A stretch of DNA of 63,738 nt, counting the filler, from Collodictyon triciliatum (taxonomy: Eukaryota): the NCBI GenBank assembly GCA_043381765.1. It is 4 parts of 4 records of this genome, joined end to end, with 100 filler letters (N's around TTAATTAATTAA, not from the genome) between each part and the next. Parts side by side here need not be neighbours in the genome. Positions count along the whole stretch, not along the records: positions 56,285 to 63,738 come from JBHJMP010001066.1; 3 more parts are not named here. One strand, 5' to 3'. The notes beneath the pieces were generated by a model. It did not search any database and was not told the DNA's origin. It saw only the letters and a list, made by a program, of their open reading frames with translations. Every line of letters begins with the position of its first letter. Positions within the stretch are counted from its first letter, which is position 1. The position numbers and the translations under genes were made by a program. This document shows positions 60,788 through 63,738 of this stretch, one piece after another.

Positions 60788-62995
60788 TTACGCGGCTGTT
60801 AAAGCAGGAGTACAGTTAAATCGAGTTGCATCAACCATCCAACGCCCTATAGTGGTACGGAAATTAGTAGCTGTAAAATTGGTTCCTTCTGTTACGGTGT
60901 AAGTTGTTCCTCCAAGTGCGATGCCTGTGCCACTGGAACCAAGCACAAAGGCGTTATTTGTTGGACTGGCTGAATCAAACCGCACTCTCTGAGTCCCTGT
61001 TCCAGTTCTATCTGGCAACATCCAAACCATGACTTGAATAGTTAATCCATCCGGGACATTAGTACTTACCGGAAAAACAACTGTCGCATTTGAGCTTCCT
61101 GTTGCCCCCTTTGTTAATATGATTTTACTAGGTGAATTTCGACTCACCTCGTGCGTGCTGCCGTCAACAATAATCCAATCAGTAATCGGCGCTTTGAATA
61201 GTCTTAGTGAATTTTGAACTTCTGTGTCATTCACGGTAAAGTTAGCAGTTAATGTTCCATTAAGAACCATACCCATAGTAGAGGCTGCTCCTGAATTTGC
61301 TCCCTGTATTCTAGCAGCTGAATTCAGGGCGCCAAAATCTATAATCGTACCAACTACAAACGGATCGGGCACAGTTGTCGTTAACAGCCCATCAATCCAT
61401 ACATACCAGATTCCTTGAAGTTGGCCTGCAGTTGAAGTTAACCAAAGCCACACACAAGTGTAGACCGCACCCTCAACTAATGGATATGCGGTGCTACCCG
61501 TGACAACAGTTTTTGTTGAATTATGCATAACGTGAATTGCGTGTCCCGTTCCGCCACCAGTCCACATTTGTAGCGTAGCTGTACTAGCACTATCTTTGTA
61601 AGGAATAATAATATGGGTTTGGCCGGTTGCTGTTTCTCCTAATAAAGGTAAGTTAAAAGTAGATGCTGCTGACCCAGATATCAACGCTCTTATTATCATG
61701 GGACTTGTTGTAGTTATATTAATAGCATTATAATTTACAGACGAAATAGGAGTTCGTACAGTTTTTTTCATTGTCATTGCTTCTTCTACACTAAGGTCAG
61801 CTGGTAATATACAATTAGCAACGGGATGCTGCGCGACAATATACCAAGCTCCCGCACTAAATATACACTCATAAAACGTGCCAGGCAAAACAAAAAATCC
61901 ATTTGTCCCTGCGACGTTTCCAGTAACTTGAGATCTACTCCCTCCACTATACATATACATAATTACACTGTTTCCAGGTCTAAAGGACAATGTTGCTGTA
62001 GTACCATTACGAAACGGTACGATTCTGTAAAACGTGCCTTCTACTAAAGCCGGGAATCGCAATATTGTATTAAATGTATCCATCTCCAGTCTTACATTGG
62101 ATCTAGTACTTTGAGCAAGTGTAAAATCGGCAGTTGATCCACTGCTTGTAAAAACATCAAATGGATAAACGACATCTGGAATTGTAGCCCGTCCCGTCAC
62201 GGTAAGATTTCCGTCGACAGTCGCTTCTGTATTTGAAACAGATAATGTATTTACACCCTGTGCACGAAGAGAAACGACATTACTGTTACAAACAACTCTA
62301 TTGTCTCCACTATTAGCAAAGCGATACCCCGCTGTGTTTCCATCCGGTGCTTGAAATCTGGCATTAGTTGTCACTGTTTGAAAGTGATCATTAAAGTTCT
62401 GTCCTATTCGCATTCGTTCAGTTCCGTCTGTGCTAAAATTTATCACATTGTCACTTCCATAGATACCTGACTGTGGGACTGTCGAGTCTCCAAACAAAAG
62501 AGTTGGGGCAGCTGCCGATCCTGCTGTGTTTAAATTTAATTGACCTGAGATTGTATGAGTCACCGGGTTGGAAACAACAAATGTGCTATTTTCAACAGTA
62601 AATGTTCCTTGCTGTATAAACAATCTTCTTCTAGTGGTACTAATGTTTCCTAAATTAAATGTCATAGTCCGGGTCCCGGAGCCATCATCTTGTAGAACAA
62701 TATTGACATTATCATTTCTTCTCAATTGAGAAAACTGACTATTACCATTTGAAAAAGTAATATTTCCTGAAGTAACGAGAGAGGTTAATACTGGGGCATC
62801 TGTCCACGACGGGGTTGTGCCGTTTGTTGTCAGCAAACGTCCAGCATTTCCAGTTTGACTAGGCAGCTCAGCCGGTGCCGTCGTCTCCTGCAGCCATTGT
62901 AGATAAACCCCGCTCGCATCTACTTTTAATACTTTGTTTGCGTCTTGATTGGAAAATTCCGGTAGCTCCTTTTCTTCTGTTATGAAAAACCCCAT
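60788..62995 (-). CDS. Virion fibre/receptor-binding-like protein (735 aa from first ATG), T/S/G/N-rich, beta-structured
   Basis: Phage tail-fibre-type motifs LPSQTGNAGRLLTTNGTTPSW and GSAAAPTLLFGD...SGIY...INFSTDGTERMRI, then three tandem ~115-aa C-terminal domains. Lies directly downstream of the penton-like gene. Confidence 0.75.
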   Translation of the reverse strand: MGFFITEEKELPEFSNQDANKVLKVDASGVYLQWLQETTAPAELPSQTGNAGRLLTTNGTTPSWTDAPVLTSLVTSGNITFSNGNSQFSQLRRNDNVNIVLQDDGSGTRTMTFNLGNISTTRRRLFIQQGTFTVENSTFVVSNPVTHTISGQLNLNTAGSAAAPTLLFGDSTVPQSGIYGSDNVINFSTDGTERMRIGQNFNDHFQTVTTNARFQAPDGNTAGYRFANSGDNRVVCNSNVVSLRAQGVNTLSVSNTEATVDGNLTVTGRATIPDVVYPFDVFTSSGSTADFTLAQSTRSNVRLEMDTFNTILRFPALVEGTFYRIVPFRNGTTATLSFRPGNSVIMYMYSGGSRSQVTGNVAGTNGFFVLPGTFYECIFSAGAWYIVAQHPVANCILPADLSVEEAMTMKKTVRTPISSVNYNAINITTTSPMIIRALISGSAASTFNLPLLGETATGQTHIIIPYKDSASTATLQMWTGGGTGHAIHVMHNSTKTVVTGSTAYPLVEGAVYTCVWLWLTSTAGQLQGIWYVWIDGLLTTTVPDPFVVGTIIDFGALNSAARIQGANSGAASTMGMVLNGTLTANFTVNDTEVQNSLRLFKAPITDWIIVDGSTHEVSRNSPSKIILTKGATGSSNATVVFPVSTNVPDGLTIQVMVWMLPDRTGTGTQRVRFDSASPTNNAFVLGSSGTGIALGGTTYTVTEGTNFTATNFRTTIGRWMVDATRFNCTPALTAA

Positions 62996-63011
62996 TACAC
63001 TTGCCAAGAAT

Positions 63012-63738
63012 TTATTCCTCTGGAATTACACGCAGTGTGAAGCTGTAGTCTTGTAACAGATTAATTGTTTGTCCCAGTCTATCTACCAATCGGAAATTCC
63101 AGCTGAAGGGGATATACGAGCAGTCCATCAGATTCTCTAATATATTGTCGTTGACCTCGTAATAACTCGAATATCTCGCCCCAAGACTCAGTGGAATCTT
63201 TGCTACAATACCGTTTCCTCCGATACCACTAGCAAAACTCGAACTCTGAATGTTCGGGCTGACCAGATACACATAATCAAAAGGTCGAATATTGACTGTA
63301 TTCTGTAGCTCCACAAAAGACGTATTGAATGACAGATTGGCCGTCAGCCCAATTAGGTCCCGGCACGTCGACGAATTCACAAACAGTTGAATTGAAATAC
63401 TCGGTCCCTCTCCTTTGATTGCTATCTTTTGCTTGCCGCTAAGATATGAAACAGAAACAGCTAATGCGGCTGACTGGGATGCCGTAACTGCGTTCATCTT
63501 TGTTCGTATGTCACTGACGATTTCATTGATGGTTTGTAATCCAGTTTCAAGTGACACATTGTACGACACAGGGCTGTCTGCTCCGACTTGGCAGAGAAAG
63601 GACAACTCGTTGTTGGCACTTGTCACATTGTGTACGGCATTCGGTATCTGGATACTCTCTAGCCCAATTTTTGCTTTGCTTGACACATATCTGTTCTGTG
63701 TCGTTGCGAAATTAAAGTCTGCGATACTTCCGCTTTCT
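63012..63738 (-). CDS. Minor capsid protein (penton, single jelly-roll)-like; N-terminus extends beyond the window
   Basis: The frame stays open to the window edge (..ESGSIADFNFATTQNRYVSSKAKIGLESIQIPNAVHNVTSANNELSF..). The patterns LESIQIPN..NV...NN, DLIGL, VNIRPFDYVYLVSPNI, IVAKIPL and FRLVDRLGQTINL.QDYSFTLRV* are typical of PLV/NCLDV minor capsid proteins. Confidence 0.75.
   Translation of the reverse strand, partial: ESGSIADFNFATTQNRYVSSKAKIGLESIQIPNAVHNVTSANNELSFLCQVGADSPVSYNVSLETGLQTINEIVSDIRTKMNAVTASQSAALAVSVSYLSGKQKIAIKGEGPSISIQLFVNSSTCRDLIGLTANLSFNTSFVELQNTVNIRPFDYVYLVSPNIQSSSFASGIGGNGIVAKIPLSLGARYSSYYEVNDNILENLMDCSYIPFSWNFRLVDRLGQTINLLQDYSFTLRVIPEE

Larger units (their letters stand above)
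56285..63738. mobile_element. Fragment of a eukaryotic dsDNA virus or endogenous viral element (Polinton-like virus/virophage-like)
   Basis: The ORFs are intronless and tightly packed (16-nt and ~32-nt spacers), with no microsatellites. A penton-like gene is followed directly by a fibre-like gene, and no Shine-Dalgarno motifs precede the ATGs. No MCP, ATPase, polymerase, integrase or TIR lies inside the window. Confidence 0.75.

Overview
This window is not one locus. Four unrelated scaffolds are joined by identical 100-nt artificial spacers (44 N + TTAATTAATTAA + 44 N) at 25384-25483, 50827-50926 and 56185-56284. Segments 1-3 (1-56184) are nuclear DNA of an intron-rich, microsatellite-rich, flagellated protist using the standard code and GT-AG introns. 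They carry MTHFR, a divergent alpha-tubulin acetyltransferase, DUS3, a DBP7/DDX31 helicase, a MARK/Par-1-type kinase, a CD36/LIMP-II-family protein, a coiled-coil gene, striatin, a MAP2K, MRM2, ODAD2/ARMC4, a receptor kinase-cyclase-kinase, and three tRNAs (Thr-TGT, Val-CAC, Thr-AGT). Segment 4 (56285-63738) is intronless, densely packed and free of microsatellites, and looks like part of a eukaryotic dsDNA virus of the Polinton-like virus/virophage type. It encodes a single-jelly-roll minor capsid (penton)-like protein, a fibre with bacteriophage tail-fibre motifs and three tandem domains, and a 1370-aa orphan coiled-coil protein. A ~260-bp nested palindrome fills the convergent intergenic gap. 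This segment is the best candidate for an undescribed system, but its integration in the host genome cannot be shown from this window. All family calls are from motif recognition by eye, not database searches, and exon boundaries are manual.
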